DNA of 64,000 nt from Candidatus Aenigmatarchaeota archaeon (GTDB lineage: Archaea > Aenigmatarchaeota > Aenigmatarchaeia > CG10238-14 > SCSR01): positions 5,652 through 69,651 of the forward strand of contig JAWBPV010000005.1 of the NCBI GenBank assembly GCA_039000425.1, in the 5' to 3' direction. The position numbers and the translations under genes were made by a program. This document shows, piece by piece, positions 28,926 through 39,470 of the stretch; within the stretch, counting starts at the first letter, position 1; every line of letters starts with the position of its first letter. Below the pieces are notes generated by a model that worked only from the letters and a program-made list of their open reading frames with translations, was not told the DNA's origin and ran no database searches.

Positions 28926-29759
28926 TTGATGGAGAAGGTTTTTTGGTCAGCCGTTAAAAGAGTGTTTATTTTCACACTCTTAGCCCAATTCCTAACTCTG
29001 TTGATAACACCAAAGTTCTACGTTTCACCCATAGCTGAAGAAGTTTATGAACCTTTCGGTAGAACGATCGAAGGGGCTGTGGCGAATTCTCTACCACTTC
29101 TCGCCGTAATATTCTTATTCAGCCTTTTCATCCTTTTTCTGGTTAAACTTAAGAAACTTAACTTGATAAAAGCTATCGTTGTTGGTTTTTTGCTTGGTTC
29201 GGTTTTTTCCATAAATTCTATCCTTTTATCCACAATTTTTCCAGATTCTACATTACCAATCCTTTTCTCCACTTCCTTATCGATCTTAATCCTGCTTTCA
29301 GCATATTCTAAAAAATTTCGATTCCTTTCCAAATTTTTCTCGTTGATTATAGCTTCGGAAGTTGCTGCCTATTTTTCAACCATTTTAAGACCACCAACAG
29401 TATTAATATTCCCAATTTTACTCGCTGTTTATGATATTTACGCAGTTTTTGCAGGCCCACTTAAAAAGATCATAGGAAAGCCGAAAAAGGTAGGGAAAGC
29501 TGTTAAAGTCAAGTTGGATTTCTTACCTTTTTTGATAGTTGATTTTGGTTTCATAAAAGTTGGCCTTGGTGATATAATTTTTTATTCGATGTTACCATCT
29601 GTTGCTTTCATGGTTTACGGTATTGAAAGGATGCTCGTAACGCTTTTAGCAACAAACCTAGGAGTATTGACAACACTTTTCATCCTTAGGAAGAAAAGAA
29701 TTCCTTTACCAGGACTTCCAATCCCAATGTTACTCGGTGTTATCAGTTTGATTTTGTGA
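28926..29759 (+). CDS. presenilin / signal-peptide-peptidase-like intramembrane aspartyl protease (A22-like, DUF1119-like)
   Basis: 277 aa. Roughly 8-9 TM helices. [10 protein letters not shown] (YD motif), VGLGDIIFY (GxGD motif), downstream PGLPIP (PAL-like). Confidence 0.6.
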   Translation: MMEKVFWSAVKRVFIFTLLAQFLTLLITPKFYVSPIAEEVYEPFGRTIEGAVANSLPLLAVIFLFSLFILFLVKLKKLNLIKAIVVGFLLGSVFSINSILLSTIFPDSTLPILFSTSLSILILLSAYSKKFRFLSKFFSLIIASEVAAYFSTILRPPTVLIFPILLAVYDIYAVFAGPLKKIIGKPKKVGKAVKVKLDFLPFLIVDFGFIKVGLGDIIFYSMLPSVAFMVYGIERMLVTLLATNLGVLTTLFILRKKRIPLPGLPIPMLLGVISLIL

Positions 29760-30005
29760 AAGCTTTCTCGCTTTCTCTTTGAACACTTCCCTCATACATT
29801 CCGCACAAAGATAGCCACCATACGGCCTTTCAGGCCTTCTCTCACTTTTCGATAATTTTCTCAACTCACCTTTCCTCAATCGCGGAACACCCTGCAACGG
29901 CTTACCACAAACAGCACATTTAGCTGCCTTTGGCTTCTTCCATTCTTTCCTCAAAACAATCCTTCCAGAAGGTGTTCTGACTTTTTTTCTCACGACGTTA
30001 GCCAT
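29730..30005 (-). CDS. rpl34e: 50S ribosomal protein L34e
   Basis: VRTPSGR...[12 protein letters not shown]34e pattern. The likely start is MANVVRKK (ATG 30003-30005), with GGAG 4 nt upstream. Confidence 0.85.
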   Translation of the reverse strand: MANVVRKKVRTPSGRIVLRKEWKKPKAAKCAVCGKPLQGVPRLRKGELRKLSKSERRPERPYGGYLCAECMREVFKEKARKLSQNQTDNTE

Positions 30006-30483
30006 GATCTCCAACCAACCTAGTTATAATCCAACTTATAGCAAAAGAAACTATTAAGTACCAAAGGAACCAGTTCAACTTCGAGCCAACGTAAGGTAGA
30101 ACGAAAGGAAGCCTAGCAACTGTTACATCTTTGTAAGTGTGTTGAATCCAAGGAACTATAAGGCCTATGGCTACCATAGATACCAATATAGCTTTTAAGC
30201 TATGTTTCATGTAATTTAAATTTTGTTTCGTTATTTCATCCAAAACTTTCTTAGCTTTTTCCATATCCCCTTTTTTCTGCAACTCTAAAAATTCTTCCCT
30301 AAGTACGTTCATCTTTTCCCTCACTTCTTTAACTAAATTCTTGTTGATGAATATCCTATTTATCAAAACCACTAAAACAACTATTATCGAAGCCAAGAGA
30401 AAAATAGATACGATCGGCGGTAAAAGCGTTAACGGCCAGAAAATTAAATCTAAAATTTTCATCCAAATTTCCATTTCATTCAC
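29998..30483 (-). CDS. DUF106-family membrane protein (archaeal YidC/Oxa1/EMC3-like insertase)
   Basis: 161 aa. Three TM helices with a coiled-coil loop. Conserved position downstream of secY in archaeal r-protein clusters. Confidence 0.7.
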   Translation of the reverse strand: MNEMEIWMKILDLIFWPLTLLPPIVSIFLLASIIVVLVVLINRIFINKNLVKEVREKMNVLREEFLELQKKGDMEKAKKVLDEITKQNLNYMKHSLKAILVSMVAIGLIVPWIQHTYKDVTVARLPFVLPYVGSKLNWFLWYLIVSFAISWIITRLVGDHG

Positions 30484-31924
30484 CCAATATCTTTCTCACT
30501 ATTGGATGTGCACTTTCAAGATTTTGTGAAGACAACAGTTCGTAATAATTATAAATTATCATAACAGTTAAAAGTATACCTGTACCGCTTCCTATAGCTC
30601 CCAAGAAGTCTGCTATAGCTGCAAGAGCACCTACTGTAATACCACCTAACACTGCTAAGTATGGTATGTACTTGTTCAACACGGCTTCCATACTCTTCTT
30701 ATCACTCCTATACCCAGGAATTTGCATTCCTATACTTTCCAATTGTTCAGCTACAGAAGCAGCATCCATGCCAGAAGTTGAGACCCAAAAAACTGAAAAT
30801 ATCATTGCAGTAATGCTCAAGAAAATCAAATAAGTTACAGCCCTTATTGCCTCGTTGATTTCCATTCTTCCCAAGACCAAATCACTTAAAAATTTTGTAG
30901 GAGAGGTTAAGTAATAAAGTACACCACCTACTATGTTATTCTCTTTATCATAACAAGCCAATAAACCACAACTCATCTCAGCACTCACAGGATGAATTCC
31001 GATTCTTCCCAAGAGTTGCAAATTAGCTATCAAAGCTGCGGCCAATATCACTGGAATGTTGCTAGTGTAAAGCAACTTTATCGTCCAAGTTCTTCCAAAA
31101 CCTCTCATCCTTGCGAATGTCAAAGGGATATCTATGCCTATATCTTGAACGAAGATCACTATTAGAAAAATTGCAGCAGTAGTTATCAAAGGTAAAGCCG
31201 CAAGTAGAGCTTCTGTAGTTTTATTCGAGAAAAGATTTATGAAAATTTGCCAAATGAGGCCTGATGGTGGTGAATCTGCAGAAGGTAAACAAGTTTCTAT
31301 TTTTGGTGGAATACAAGCTATGGACAAAGGTGAAAAAACTCTCACGAAAATTTGATTCGCGACGCCTGCAGCTATGAAAAGACTTATCCCTGAACCAAAG
31401 CCCCATTTGCTCACTATCTCGTCCAAGAAAAGAGCTATGAGACCTCCTGCCGCAAGCTGAATTATCACAAGGATAACCATAAACATATCTCCTCTTATAG
31501 GCAAAGCTCCTGCTACCACAAAACCGGCAGCTTCTATGAAACAAAACAATATCGCAAGGAATTTGTTCCAAGTTTGAAATTTCTTCCTATCTTCCTCTTT
31601 TTTCGTGTCCCAATTTATTATCTTAGATCCCACAAGAAGCTGAAGTATTATACCTGCTGTAACTATAGGCCCTATACCGAGCGTCATCACACTTCCAAAC
31701 TTTGACCCCAAAACTATCTCGAAGAACCTGAACTGTTCATAAGATGTCCTTTCGACACCATAAACAGTGATGTAAGATAAAGCCAAATAAAGGAAAAGTG
31801 CTATTCCTGTCCATTTGAGACGATCGTTAAAAGTTGGTTGGTAAGTTGGTCTTTTTATACTCGGTAAGAATCTTGCTATTTTCTTCTCTATACCTTCTTT
31901 CTTCTCTTCTTCCATTTCAATCAA
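30476..31924 (-). CDS. secY: preprotein translocase subunit SecY
   Basis: 482 aa, 10 TM helices, typical SecY plug/hinge pattern. Confidence 0.9.
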   Translation of the reverse strand: MIEMEEEKKEGIEKKIARFLPSIKRPTYQPTFNDRLKWTGIALFLYLALSYITVYGVERTSYEQFRFFEIVLGSKFGSVMTLGIGPIVTAGIILQLLVGSKIINWDTKKEEDRKKFQTWNKFLAILFCFIEAAGFVVAGALPIRGDMFMVILVIIQLAAGGLIALFLDEIVSKWGFGSGISLFIAAGVANQIFVRVFSPLSIACIPPKIETCLPSADSPPSGLIWQIFINLFSNKTTEALLAALPLITTAAIFLIVIFVQDIGIDIPLTFARMRGFGRTWTIKLLYTSNIPVILAAALIANLQLLGRIGIHPVSAEMSCGLLACYDKENNIVGGVLYYLTSPTKFLSDLVLGRMEINEAIRAVTYLIFLSITAMIFSVFWVSTSGMDAASVAEQLESIGMQIPGYRSDKKSMEAVLNKYIPYLAVLGGITVGALAAIADFLGAIGSGTGILLTVMIIYNYYELLSSQNLESAHPIVRKILGE

Positions 31925-32321
31925 CTTTCAAAACTTTTCCCCCAACTTTCTCTATTTTCTCGATAGCTTTTTTTGAAAAAAATCTAGCTTTAACTGTTAA
32001 AGGTCTGGAAATATTACCTTTACCCAAGAGTTTATCGAAACCCAGTTCTCTTAAATCTATTTCCTCTAAATTTCTCTCTTCAGCTATTCTTTCCAGTTCC
32101 TCTAGGTTTATCGATTTTATTCTTTTCTTCCTTATAGGGACAAAACCAGTTTTACCGAAATGATTCGGCTCGTATTTAACAACATAACTCCATTTATGTT
32201 TGTGATATCCAGCTTTTCCTCTCCCCCCTCTTGAACCACCTCCTCTAGCTTTTTTGTGACTTCCATGGTAAGTTCTCCTTCCTCTGAATTTCCTATGTTT
32301 TTTCTCTTTTCTAACCACCAT
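31917..32321 (-). CDS. rpl15: 50S ribosomal protein L15 (uL15)
   Basis: 134 aa. Gly/Arg-rich N-terminus (GGGSRGGRGKAG). Confidence 0.9.
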   Translation of the reverse strand: MVVRKEKKHRKFRGRRTYHGSHKKARGGGSRGGRGKAGYHKHKWSYVVKYEPNHFGKTGFVPIRKKRIKSINLEELERIAEERNLEEIDLRELGFDKLLGKGNISRPLTVKARFFSKKAIEKIEKVGGKVLKVD

Positions 32322-32351
32322 GCTTCCATCTCCTAAAAATTGAAGGAATAA

Positions 32352-32819
32352 TCATATCATCCTCTCCAACAATTCATTTATATTCTTTCCCCTATAACCC
32401 AAATCTCCTTCAGGCCAACTCTTTTTAACAGACTTGAACCCTTTGCTCGGTGGTGTTAACCTGAAAACTGGCTTAAGTTTCTTGAAATCCTTGAGTTGAA
32501 TTTTTCCTGAGAGTAGAGCATCGGCAAAATCTTCGAAAGAATTGAAGTTTGTTATTTCTTCGAGCAATCTTTCATCAACCCTTTTATCACCTTCACACCT
32601 TAACCTTTTCTTCAAAAGTTTAACTAGACAATCTTTATCTATTTCTCCCCAAGTACACACATCTTTACATTTTTCCAACATACCTTTAAAACTATCAGTT
32701 TCTGGAACTAAGACACAATTGTTCGGATTTTTCAATCTAAGCATTCTCAACGTATCTTTCACATCTTTCCTTAGACCAGCTTCCCCCCTTATCCTCACGA
32801 CTGCAAACACCTTCATCAC
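32352..32819 (-). CDS. rpl30: 50S ribosomal protein L30 (uL30)
   Basis: 155 aa. FAVVRIRG...TLRMLRL. Confidence 0.85.
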   Translation of the reverse strand: MMKVFAVVRIRGEAGLRKDVKDTLRMLRLKNPNNCVLVPETDSFKGMLEKCKDVCTWGEIDKDCLVKLLKKRLRCEGDKRVDERLLEEITNFNSFEDFADALLSGKIQLKDFKKLKPVFRLTPPSKGFKSVKKSWPEGDLGYRGKNINELLERMI

Positions 32820-33601
32820 CTTTCATAGATATATAACTTCTTCAAAGCATTGTATATGGCGGTTATCAAGTTTATCCTCATGGAAGTATTTCCAAAGGTC
32901 TTAACCCAAACATCTTTTATTCCGGCTAACCTCAATATTTTTTTCGATTCGTCGTCTGCAACCAAACCAACTCCCTTTGGAGCTGGAATTAGAATAACTC
33001 TAACAGATCCACACTTTCCTTCAGTCTTGAAAGGAATGGAATGTTCTTCTCCACAACCACATTCCCAACTACCACATCCCCTCTTTACTTTTATTATGTT
33101 CAATTTCGCTTTTTGAACTGATTTAGCTATAGCATCCCTTGGCTCTAAAGCACTCCCTTTACCTATACCTACTATTCCATCTTCATTCCCAACAACAGAA
33201 AAAGCAGATGCCCTGAATTTTCTACCAGATTTATGCATGGTTGCTGTTATCCTTATAGGAATCCTTTGTGCTCCACCACCTTTTCCAGTCCTTCTTCCTA
33301 TTAGTATTATTTCTGTCTTCAAGTTTGGTAGAAGTTTGTCCACGATTTCTGGTTCTTTTATTATTCTACCTGTTTTAAATATTTCTTCTATATCCTTTAT
33401 TTTTCCCTCAAAAACCTCTTTTCCCAAGCTAGTTCGCGGTTGCCATTTTTCTAGTGGTTGCGGAACTACACTCACTTCTTCAGTTATAGGAACTTCTTCC
33501 TCAGTAGGTAACTTCTCCATCTCTTTCACTTCTTCTATACCTACTTCAACCTTCTCCCCATTTTCCTCAACTTTTTCACCCTTTTTTTCCTCTTCTGCCA
33601 T
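32816..33601 (-). CDS. rps5: 30S ribosomal protein S5 (uS5) with ~55-aa acidic N-terminal extension
   Basis: 261 aa. RRTGKGGGAQRIPIRI ... S5 dsRBD and C-domain. Confidence 0.9.
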   Translation of the reverse strand: MAEEEKKGEKVEENGEKVEVGIEEVKEMEKLPTEEEVPITEEVSVVPQPLEKWQPRTSLGKEVFEGKIKDIEEIFKTGRIIKEPEIVDKLLPNLKTEIILIGRRTGKGGGAQRIPIRITATMHKSGRKFRASAFSVVGNEDGIVGIGKGSALEPRDAIAKSVQKAKLNIIKVKRGCGSWECGCGEEHSIPFKTEGKCGSVRVILIPAPKGVGLVADDESKKILRLAGIKDVWVKTFGNTSMRINLITAIYNALKKLYIYER

Positions 33602-34129
33602 TCACTCACCTATTATTTTCCTTTTAATTTCTTCAAATTTCTCAGGTAAAGACTTAAATTTTTGAAGGTAAGTGGCGATGTGAAGTCCTTTTATTCTATC
33701 TTCAGAAGGAAACATAGATTCATTAACAGGAACTTTAAGGCCTGCATCTAAAGCACCTTTCACGCACGCATAAATCCTGTTGCCTCTAGTTGAAGAGTAA
33801 AGACCGGAATCGAGTATCGCTTCATTTATCCCCTTTCTTAGAGCTTTTCTTCCTATAAGTAAACCTGTTAAGTAAGCTGCAGGAATATTATCACAAGCGA
33901 ATACCCAACCGTAATTCTTCAATTCTTTTGAAGTTGCAGAAACCAATGTTTTATCACCTTCTTCAGAGAAATTTATTATTTGTGCGATTATGTATTTCAA
34001 GCTCCTTCTCACGACAAGCCTAGGTTTTTTTGACATAAGCAACTTCAACCTCTTCTTGTAGTTTGTCTTCCCCAACCTTCTTCTCTTGAAAGGCATTTTG
34101 TAAAGTGGGTTTAATTTCATAAAACTCAC
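33602..34129 (-). CDS. rpl18: 50S ribosomal protein L18 (uL18)
   Basis: 175 aa. [16 protein letters not shown]... Confidence 0.9.
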   Translation of the reverse strand: MSFMKLNPLYKMPFKRRRLGKTNYKKRLKLLMSKKPRLVVRRSLKYIIAQIINFSEEGDKTLVSATSKELKNYGWVFACDNIPAAYLTGLLIGRKALRKGINEAILDSGLYSSTRGNRIYACVKGALDAGLKVPVNESMFPSEDRIKGLHIATYLQKFKSLPEKFEEIKRKIIGE

Positions 34130-34548
34130 TTCTTCAACAAATCATGTTGTTCTAAATAAATCTTCAAATGAGACCTGCTTGTGAACATTCCACCTTTCAC
34201 CAATTTATAAAGTCTTCTGTAGGTTGGTCTGTCTATTTTACCAGAATCCCTCAAATCTTTCAACATTTCCCTTAAAGCTCTCACAGTAGAAATCCACTTC
34301 CTTTTTTCTGGTAAAATCGCGCCTTTAGCGCCTTTCTTGCTTCCAGGTCCCCTTTTCTTCTTTCTTTTTTCTCTAGGCTTATGTATTTTTTCGGGTAAAA
34401 CTTTAATATATCCTTTCTGTATCAACTTTCTCACGTCAGCTTTCGTTATCGCTGCTTCTATATCTTTTTGCTTGCTCGGATCTAACCAAATTCTACTCTC
34501 CCCAACTTTTAACACCTGTGCCGCCAGTTTTTTCTGTAAGTTTGACAT
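34126..34548 (-). CDS. rpl19e: 50S ribosomal protein L19e
   Basis: 140 aa. [21 protein letters not shown]. Confidence 0.9.
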   Translation of the reverse strand: MSNLQKKLAAQVLKVGESRIWLDPSKQKDIEAAITKADVRKLIQKGYIKVLPEKIHKPREKRKKKRGPGSKKGAKGAILPEKRKWISTVRALREMLKDLRDSGKIDRPTYRRLYKLVKGGMFTSRSHLKIYLEQHDLLKK

Positions 34549-34627
34549 GATTTCACGTATGCTAATTATTTAGAACCATTTATTTTTAAGTTTTAAAAAA
34601 TTTGAAGGATTGTACTCTAAAACATGG

Positions 34628-35704
34628 CTAAAAATCGAAAAAAGCTTTCAACCTTTTTATCGCTTCTATTTTTTCCCTGTTGTTCAATTTTGCTTTTTGA
34701 ATAGCATCTTGAAGCAACATTATCGATTCGTCATAAGTTTTTCTATCAACAGGATAAGGATGGCCATCTTTGCCACCGTGTGCAAAAGAATATTTCACGG
34801 GATCACGCCAACTAACTTCTGCACCGAATACCAAATGACTTATCAAAGCTAAAGCTCTAACTGTTTTTGGTCCAACGCCTCTAATTTGTAAGAACTCTTC
34901 GTAATTCTTTGGTTGTTGCTCAAAAACTTTTTCTAAAACTTTGTAATTATCAAGCTCTATTTCATGTTTCGCAGGCATTTTCAAGTATTTTAGAATTGTT
35001 TTCTGTTCTTTGCTAGGCACAAGATATTTTTTCAAGTGTATTGGATTATCATTGATCAAATCAACAGAGCATTTCCTAGCTTCTTCACTTTCTTCAGCTA
35101 CCATGTTCAAACATTCGGTTTTTACATCGCAACAAACTGCTAAATGTGGCTCGTTAACAAAACACTTAACTTTTTCAGAAAGCCAATGGTAGCGCCTTGC
35201 ATATTTATTTTCCAGATTCATGCCTTGTTGAATCACAGCCCATTTCCCTTCTTCTGTAACTACGAAAGCATGATGGTAAAGTTGAAATCCATCTTGTAAA
35301 GCAGTATTATCAACCTTTGCCACAAGCCTGCTCGCTCTTTTCAATTCTTCAATTTTTTTACTCGTAAAAGAAAATTCTTCAGCCAAACCTTCTATTTCAT
35401 TTGGTGTTTTCCTACTAGCTTTTCCTTTTCCACCAAGAACAGCAATCCCAAATTCTTTCAAATTTGCCTCCTTCAACGCTCCTGTGAGAGTTGTGGTTGT
35501 GCCGCTCGAATGGAAATCAAAGCCCAACACACAAGCAAAAGATTGAAAGAAGAAGGGGTTTGAAATTCTCTTCAAGAACTCATTTCTTCCATATTCAAGA
35601 ACTATGATTTCGGCTACAGCTCTTCCAAGCTCCTTCATCCTTTGGAATAACCAAGAAGGACATCGACCATGGTGTAAAGGTAGATCTGTTATACCGATCT
35701 TCAC
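34628..35704 (-). CDS. DUF763-family protein inserted within the ribosomal-protein gene cluster
   Basis: 358 aa. GTG start. MKIGITDLPLHHGRCPSWLFQRM N-terminus typical of DUF763. Confidence 0.6.
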   Translation of the reverse strand: MKIGITDLPLHHGRCPSWLFQRMKELGRAVAEIIVLEYGRNEFLKRISNPFFFQSFACVLGFDFHSSGTTTTLTGALKEANLKEFGIAVLGGKGKASRKTPNEIEGLAEEFSFTSKKIEELKRASRLVAKVDNTALQDGFQLYHHAFVVTEEGKWAVIQQGMNLENKYARRYHWLSEKVKCFVNEPHLAVCCDVKTECLNMVAEESEEARKCSVDLINDNPIHLKKYLVPSKEQKTILKYLKMPAKHEIELDNYKVLEKVFEQQPKNYEEFLQIRGVGPKTVRALALISHLVFGAEVSWRDPVKYSFAHGGKDGHPYPVDRKTYDESIMLLQDAIQKAKLNNREKIEAIKRLKAFFDF

Positions 35705-35890
35705 AATTTAAAGTTGATTTGTATAAATAAGGTTTTTTCTAGAGGAAATTTCCCTTTTTTCCAGCTGGATAGAGCTTGTTGAATAAAAAACTCATAATCC
35801 ATATTCTTTCACTATCTTTTTCCCATCTTTAACAATTTTCTCAATATTCTCCTTTAATTCCAATCATCATAATGTTTAAAAGAGAAACGG

Positions 35891-36232
35891 TCAAGGATTT
35901 AAAACTTTTATCTTCATTTCTTCAGCTTTCTTCAAAATTTCTTGCCTCTTCTTTTTTCCAACAGTGTGAGCAATCTTTATAGCTTGCTTGCTAGGATCAA
36001 TTTTTTCCAAATCTTTCACATTATAAACTAAAACTTCCATTAATCCGGATGGATGTAAGTACCTCAGATTTTTAGGTGCACCGTAACCTATGTTTGGCAT
36101 TTTTATCTTTGATTTCTTCCTCTTCCTTATCTTTGAGTGCATACCTCTTGGACGCCTCCAGGATTCGTTCAATCTTTTATAAAATTGACTCAACCATCTC
36201 TTGAATTCCGGTTTTTTCCTCGGATTAACCAC
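35891..36232 (-). CDS. rpl32e: 50S ribosomal protein L32e
   Basis: 113 aa. WRRPRGMHSKIRKRKKSK...GYGAPKNLR. Confidence 0.85.
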   Translation of the reverse strand: MVNPRKKPEFKRWLSQFYKRLNESWRRPRGMHSKIRKRKKSKIKMPNIGYGAPKNLRYLHPSGLMEVLVYNVKDLEKIDPSKQAIKIAHTVGKKKRQEILKKAEEMKIKVLNP

Positions 36233-36240
36233 TTTACCAC

Positions 36241-36558
36241 CTAAACATCAAACAAACCTTCTAAAACCTTTTTTATTTCATTTTTCTCATACGATGCGAT
36301 TGGCCTTTCATAAGCAACATCACAATCCTCATAATAAAAACTTATCACACAATGAACTTTTGTGAAGAAATATGGAGTTTCAAAAGGAAAGGTGAATTCT
36401 AATATTTGACTACGTGGATCGTAAAGAGTTCTCACACCCATTTCCTCCAACTTCTTCACGAATCTTTGTGGATTTCTATAAACACCTTTAATTTCTAACA
36501 ATTCTTTCAAGATTTTTCCCAACTCATGATCATGAATCAATTCTTCTTCCATTTTCAC
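36241..36558 (-). CDS. hypothetical protein between rpl32e and rpl6
   Basis: 105-aa ORF with a 4-nt overlap to rpl6 and a 9-nt gap to rpl32e. No motif recognised. Confidence 0.45.
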   Translation of the reverse strand: MKMEEELIHDHELGKILKELLEIKGVYRNPQRFVKKLEEMGVRTLYDPRSQILEFTFPFETPYFFTKVHCVISFYYEDCDVAYERPIASYEKNEIKKVLEGLFDV

Positions 36559-37076
36559 TCCCTCTCAACGATGTATATTCCATCCATGAACCTTCTTCTG
36601 TCGTAACCAATAATTCTACAAGCTTGTTCTATGTTTGCCGCAGTTTGTCCTACTTCTTCCACGTTTATTCCAGAAACAGTTATTTCTTGTCCTTCAACTT
36701 TCACTTGAGTTTTACCAACTATCTTCGCAACTCTTGGAACCCTTTCCCCCAAAAAATTTTGGATCAAAACTTTATCACCCTCAACTTTAACGCTGACCGG
36801 AAAATGAGAATAAACCACTTTGAGTTTATAAGTGAATCCTTTACTCACACCCTTGAACATATTCTTTATATGAGCTGCTATAGTACCAACCAAAGCCCTG
36901 AACTTCTTCTTATCAGATTCTGCAGAAATCACAATCTTTTTATTTTCCATTATTATGGAAATTCCCTTTTCTTCAAAACTTCTTTCCAACTCTCCCTTTT
37001 CTCCACTAACTTTAACTTTTTTCCCATCAACTTCAACTTTAACATCTTCTGGGATTTTTATTTCGACACAATACAT
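36555..37076 (-). CDS. rpl6: 50S ribosomal protein L6 (uL6)
   Basis: [21 protein letters not shown] two-domain L6 pattern. The likely start is MYCVEIKIP, i.e. Met7 of the track ORF (ATG at 37074-37076). Confidence 0.9.
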   Translation of the reverse strand: MYCVEIKIPEDVKVEVDGKKVKVSGEKGELERSFEEKGISIIMENKKIVISAESDKKKFRALVGTIAAHIKNMFKGVSKGFTYKLKVVYSHFPVSVKVEGDKVLIQNFLGERVPRVAKIVGKTQVKVEGQEITVSGINVEEVGQTAANIEQACRIIGYDRRRFMDGIYIVERE

Positions 37077-37084
37077 AAGAACCA

Positions 37085-37471
37085 CTAGTAACAATAAGCT
37101 AAAAGTTTTCCCCCCAGCTTGAGTTCCCTTGCTTTTTTATGGTCCATTATTCCTTTTGAAGTTGAAATTATGAGTATTCCGAAATCTCTAGTTGGTAAAA
37201 ATCTTTTCTCAAATTTTTCAAATTCATCGACTTTTGTCGAAAACCTTGGTTTTATAGCTTTACACTCTATTATCCTTCCTTTCAACTCAACCCTGAATTT
37301 TCCACCTTTCCCATCGTCAATGAACTCGAAAGAATTTATGTAACCGTGAGAATGTAAAATTTTAAGTACAGCTTTAACGAGTTTAGAAGCTGGTATAACA
37401 CATTCTTTTTTTCCCACTTTTTCCGCGTTTTTAATCATTACGAGAGCATCTGCCAAAATGTCATGTCTCAT
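37085..37471 (-). CDS. rps8: 30S ribosomal protein S8 (uS8)
   Basis: 128 aa. [20 protein letters not shown]. Confidence 0.9.
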   Translation of the reverse strand: MRHDILADALVMIKNAEKVGKKECVIPASKLVKAVLKILHSHGYINSFEFIDDGKGGKFRVELKGRIIECKAIKPRFSTKVDEFEKFEKRFLPTRDFGILIISTSKGIMDHKKARELKLGGKLLAYCY

Positions 37472-37528
37472 TCCCTCACCTATACATACTTTAATGAATG
37501 TTTGATTTAAAAAGGTTAAATTTCATAT

Positions 37529-38242
37529 ATGTACGACGCTTTACAACTTTCTGAAAAAATCAAGAGTTTAGTTACCAGAAAAATTGGTGGAGAAATTCAA
37601 AGAAAATACTACAGGTTCAGGCCCGCTGGATTTTATGGTGGTATAGCTTCTGCGGATTGTGTTGGTTGTAATTTACGTTGTGTTTACTGTTGGAGTAATG
37701 ACTTAGCCAGGGAAGGTAAAATCGGAGATTTTTTCTCGAGTAGAGAAGTAGTTTCTAGACTTTTAAACATAGCCGAAAAGTTTGGTTTTGAGTTGATGAG
37801 AATAACTGGAAACGAGCCAACGATATCCAAAGAACATCTGATTTCGGTCCTGGAAAAAATACCACCTAACTTCACTTTCATCCTTGAAACGAATGGTATT
37901 TTGCTGGATGAAGGTTTCGTGGAAAAACTGGAGAAATTTGATAACTTACACGTCAGGGTTTCTATCAAGGGTTGTGATGAAGGAGAATTTTCAAAAATAA
38001 CAGGAGCACAACCTTCGGGTTTTGAATTACAATTAAAAGCTTTGGAAAATTGTGTAGAGCATGATATTCCGTGCAATCCAGCAATTTTAATCGATGTAGT
38101 TGATAAGAGTAAAATAACAATTCTCAAGAGAAGGTTGGAAGAAATAGACAAAACTTTGGTTAAAAATATTGAATTCGAAACACTTATACCTTATCCACAT
38201 GTTTTGAAAAGACTCAAATATTTTGATCGAAGAGTTGGATAA
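37529..38242 (+). CDS. radical-SAM enzyme (small, QueE/activase-like)
   Basis: 237 aa. CNLRCVYC (Cx3Cx2C). ITGNEPT SAM-binding-like motif. No specific subfamily assignable. Confidence 0.65.
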   Translation: MYDALQLSEKIKSLVTRKIGGEIQRKYYRFRPAGFYGGIASADCVGCNLRCVYCWSNDLAREGKIGDFFSSREVVSRLLNIAEKFGFELMRITGNEPTISKEHLISVLEKIPPNFTFILETNGILLDEGFVEKLEKFDNLHVRVSIKGCDEGEFSKITGAQPSGFELQLKALENCVEHDIPCNPAILIDVVDKSKITILKRRLEEIDKTLVKNIEFETLIPYPHVLKRLKYFDRRVG

Positions 38243-38426
38243 AGCAAATACCTTTACCCTTTATCAAGTAAAAGTTGTGAAAATTTCTTACTAACATATC
38301 CCACTCATCCTCATTTTTCCAAACATCTACCAATTTACCTTCGTAACAACTTCCATCTTTCAAGTAAACTTTTATCTCTTTCCCAACTTGTTTCTTCAAT
38401 GCATCGTAAGGTTTAAAATTCCGCAT
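38214..38426 (-). CDS. possible Sm-like small protein
   Basis: 70 aa. IKVYLKDGSCYEGKLVDV resembles an Sm1-like segment. Weak. It overlaps the radical-SAM 3' end by 29 nt. Confidence 0.3.
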   Translation of the reverse strand: MRNFKPYDALKKQVGKEIKVYLKDGSCYEGKLVDVWKNEDEWDMLVRNFHNFYLIKGKGICFIQLFDQNI

Positions 38427-38626
38427 AACACCAAATTTATTTATTTTTTTATACTTTTAAAGGTGTGGATATGGTGAAACTGGGTATTCTTTAAAAAATT
38501 ATCCTTGAATTAACCATTTCCAAGTTGTATTTACTCCAAATAACTTTGCGAGCAAAGTTTGAATTTAAAGTCGAATCTCGTCCGTTGTTTTAAATATTTG
38601 AGTTCTCAAGGTTATTTTAGTAAAGA

Positions 38627-39334
38627 ATGGAAGTAGAAATAAAGGATGTCAACGAGGAAATAAGGAAAAGGGTGGATGAAGCATTATCAACGATAAAAAA
38701 CATAAAATTTTTCCAGCCACATAGAAGTTTGAAGAAAGCAAATTCTTTTGTTCCAAAAATCGATGAAATTATCGAAAATTACACCAACTCCTTAAGACGT
38801 TGGAAAAAAGATGATGGAACATATTTTTCAACATATTACGCAGCGCGGTACGTGGCGGCAAGTAGGGCAAGGAATTTGGCAAAGAATGTTGGGAGGGAAA
38901 ATTTATATGAGTCAGCATATTATGCAGGGTGGAATGTTGTAAAGGATGTGATCTTGAAAACGTTAATGAAAACTGTAAGTAAGGTAAAAGTAGCGGAAGA
39001 ATTGGCATGGAATGTATCGCATGATACAGCAAATTATGTCGGTTGGGAAGTAATAAAGGATTTACCCGGATTTGAAGAAAATCCATTCGGTTACATCGTA
39101 GAAGAGTATAAAATGGGATTTAAACCTGTGGGTTTCAGAAAAGTTAACGGTGAAGAAAAATACGTAGTAGATATTCCTGTAATTATAAAAGGGAGGAAGA
39201 TGTTAGGATGTTATGCTAGTGGAGATGGAGAAATACTATGGATGCATAAATGGGAAGATGATCATAAAAATTTAAAATATCTCAAAAAATCAAAATCTCC
39301 TAACTCAAGATTAAGGATTATTAAACCAGTATAG
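38627..39334 (+). CDS. hypothetical protein (possibly element-associated)
   Basis: 235-aa ORF upstream of integrase 1. No motif. Confidence 0.45.
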   Translation: MEVEIKDVNEEIRKRVDEALSTIKNIKFFQPHRSLKKANSFVPKIDEIIENYTNSLRRWKKDDGTYFSTYYAARYVAASRARNLAKNVGRENLYESAYYAGWNVVKDVILKTLMKTVSKVKVAEELAWNVSHDTANYVGWEVIKDLPGFEENPFGYIVEEYKMGFKPVGFRKVNGEEKYVVDIPVIIKGRKMLGCYASGDGEILWMHKWEDDHKNLKYLKKSKSPNSRLRIIKPV

Positions 39335-39470
39335 CCTAATTTTTTATCGTTCGCTCGTATCTTTTTCAAATTTGTAGCGATCTTGTTAACAAGTAAAATG
39401 TTAGGAATAAAACCTTGTGCGCCAGCCGAACAGGTAAAGAAGGGTTTAATTCTCGTAAATACAAAATTCA

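Noticed and set aside
28910-28930. In-frame TAG between the DUF4870 gene and the presenilin-like gene, considered as a readthrough fusion
   Set aside because: Both proteins are complete, independent families with their own starts. The frame coincidence has a 1-in-3 chance and there is no domain logic for a fusion, unlike the metG case.
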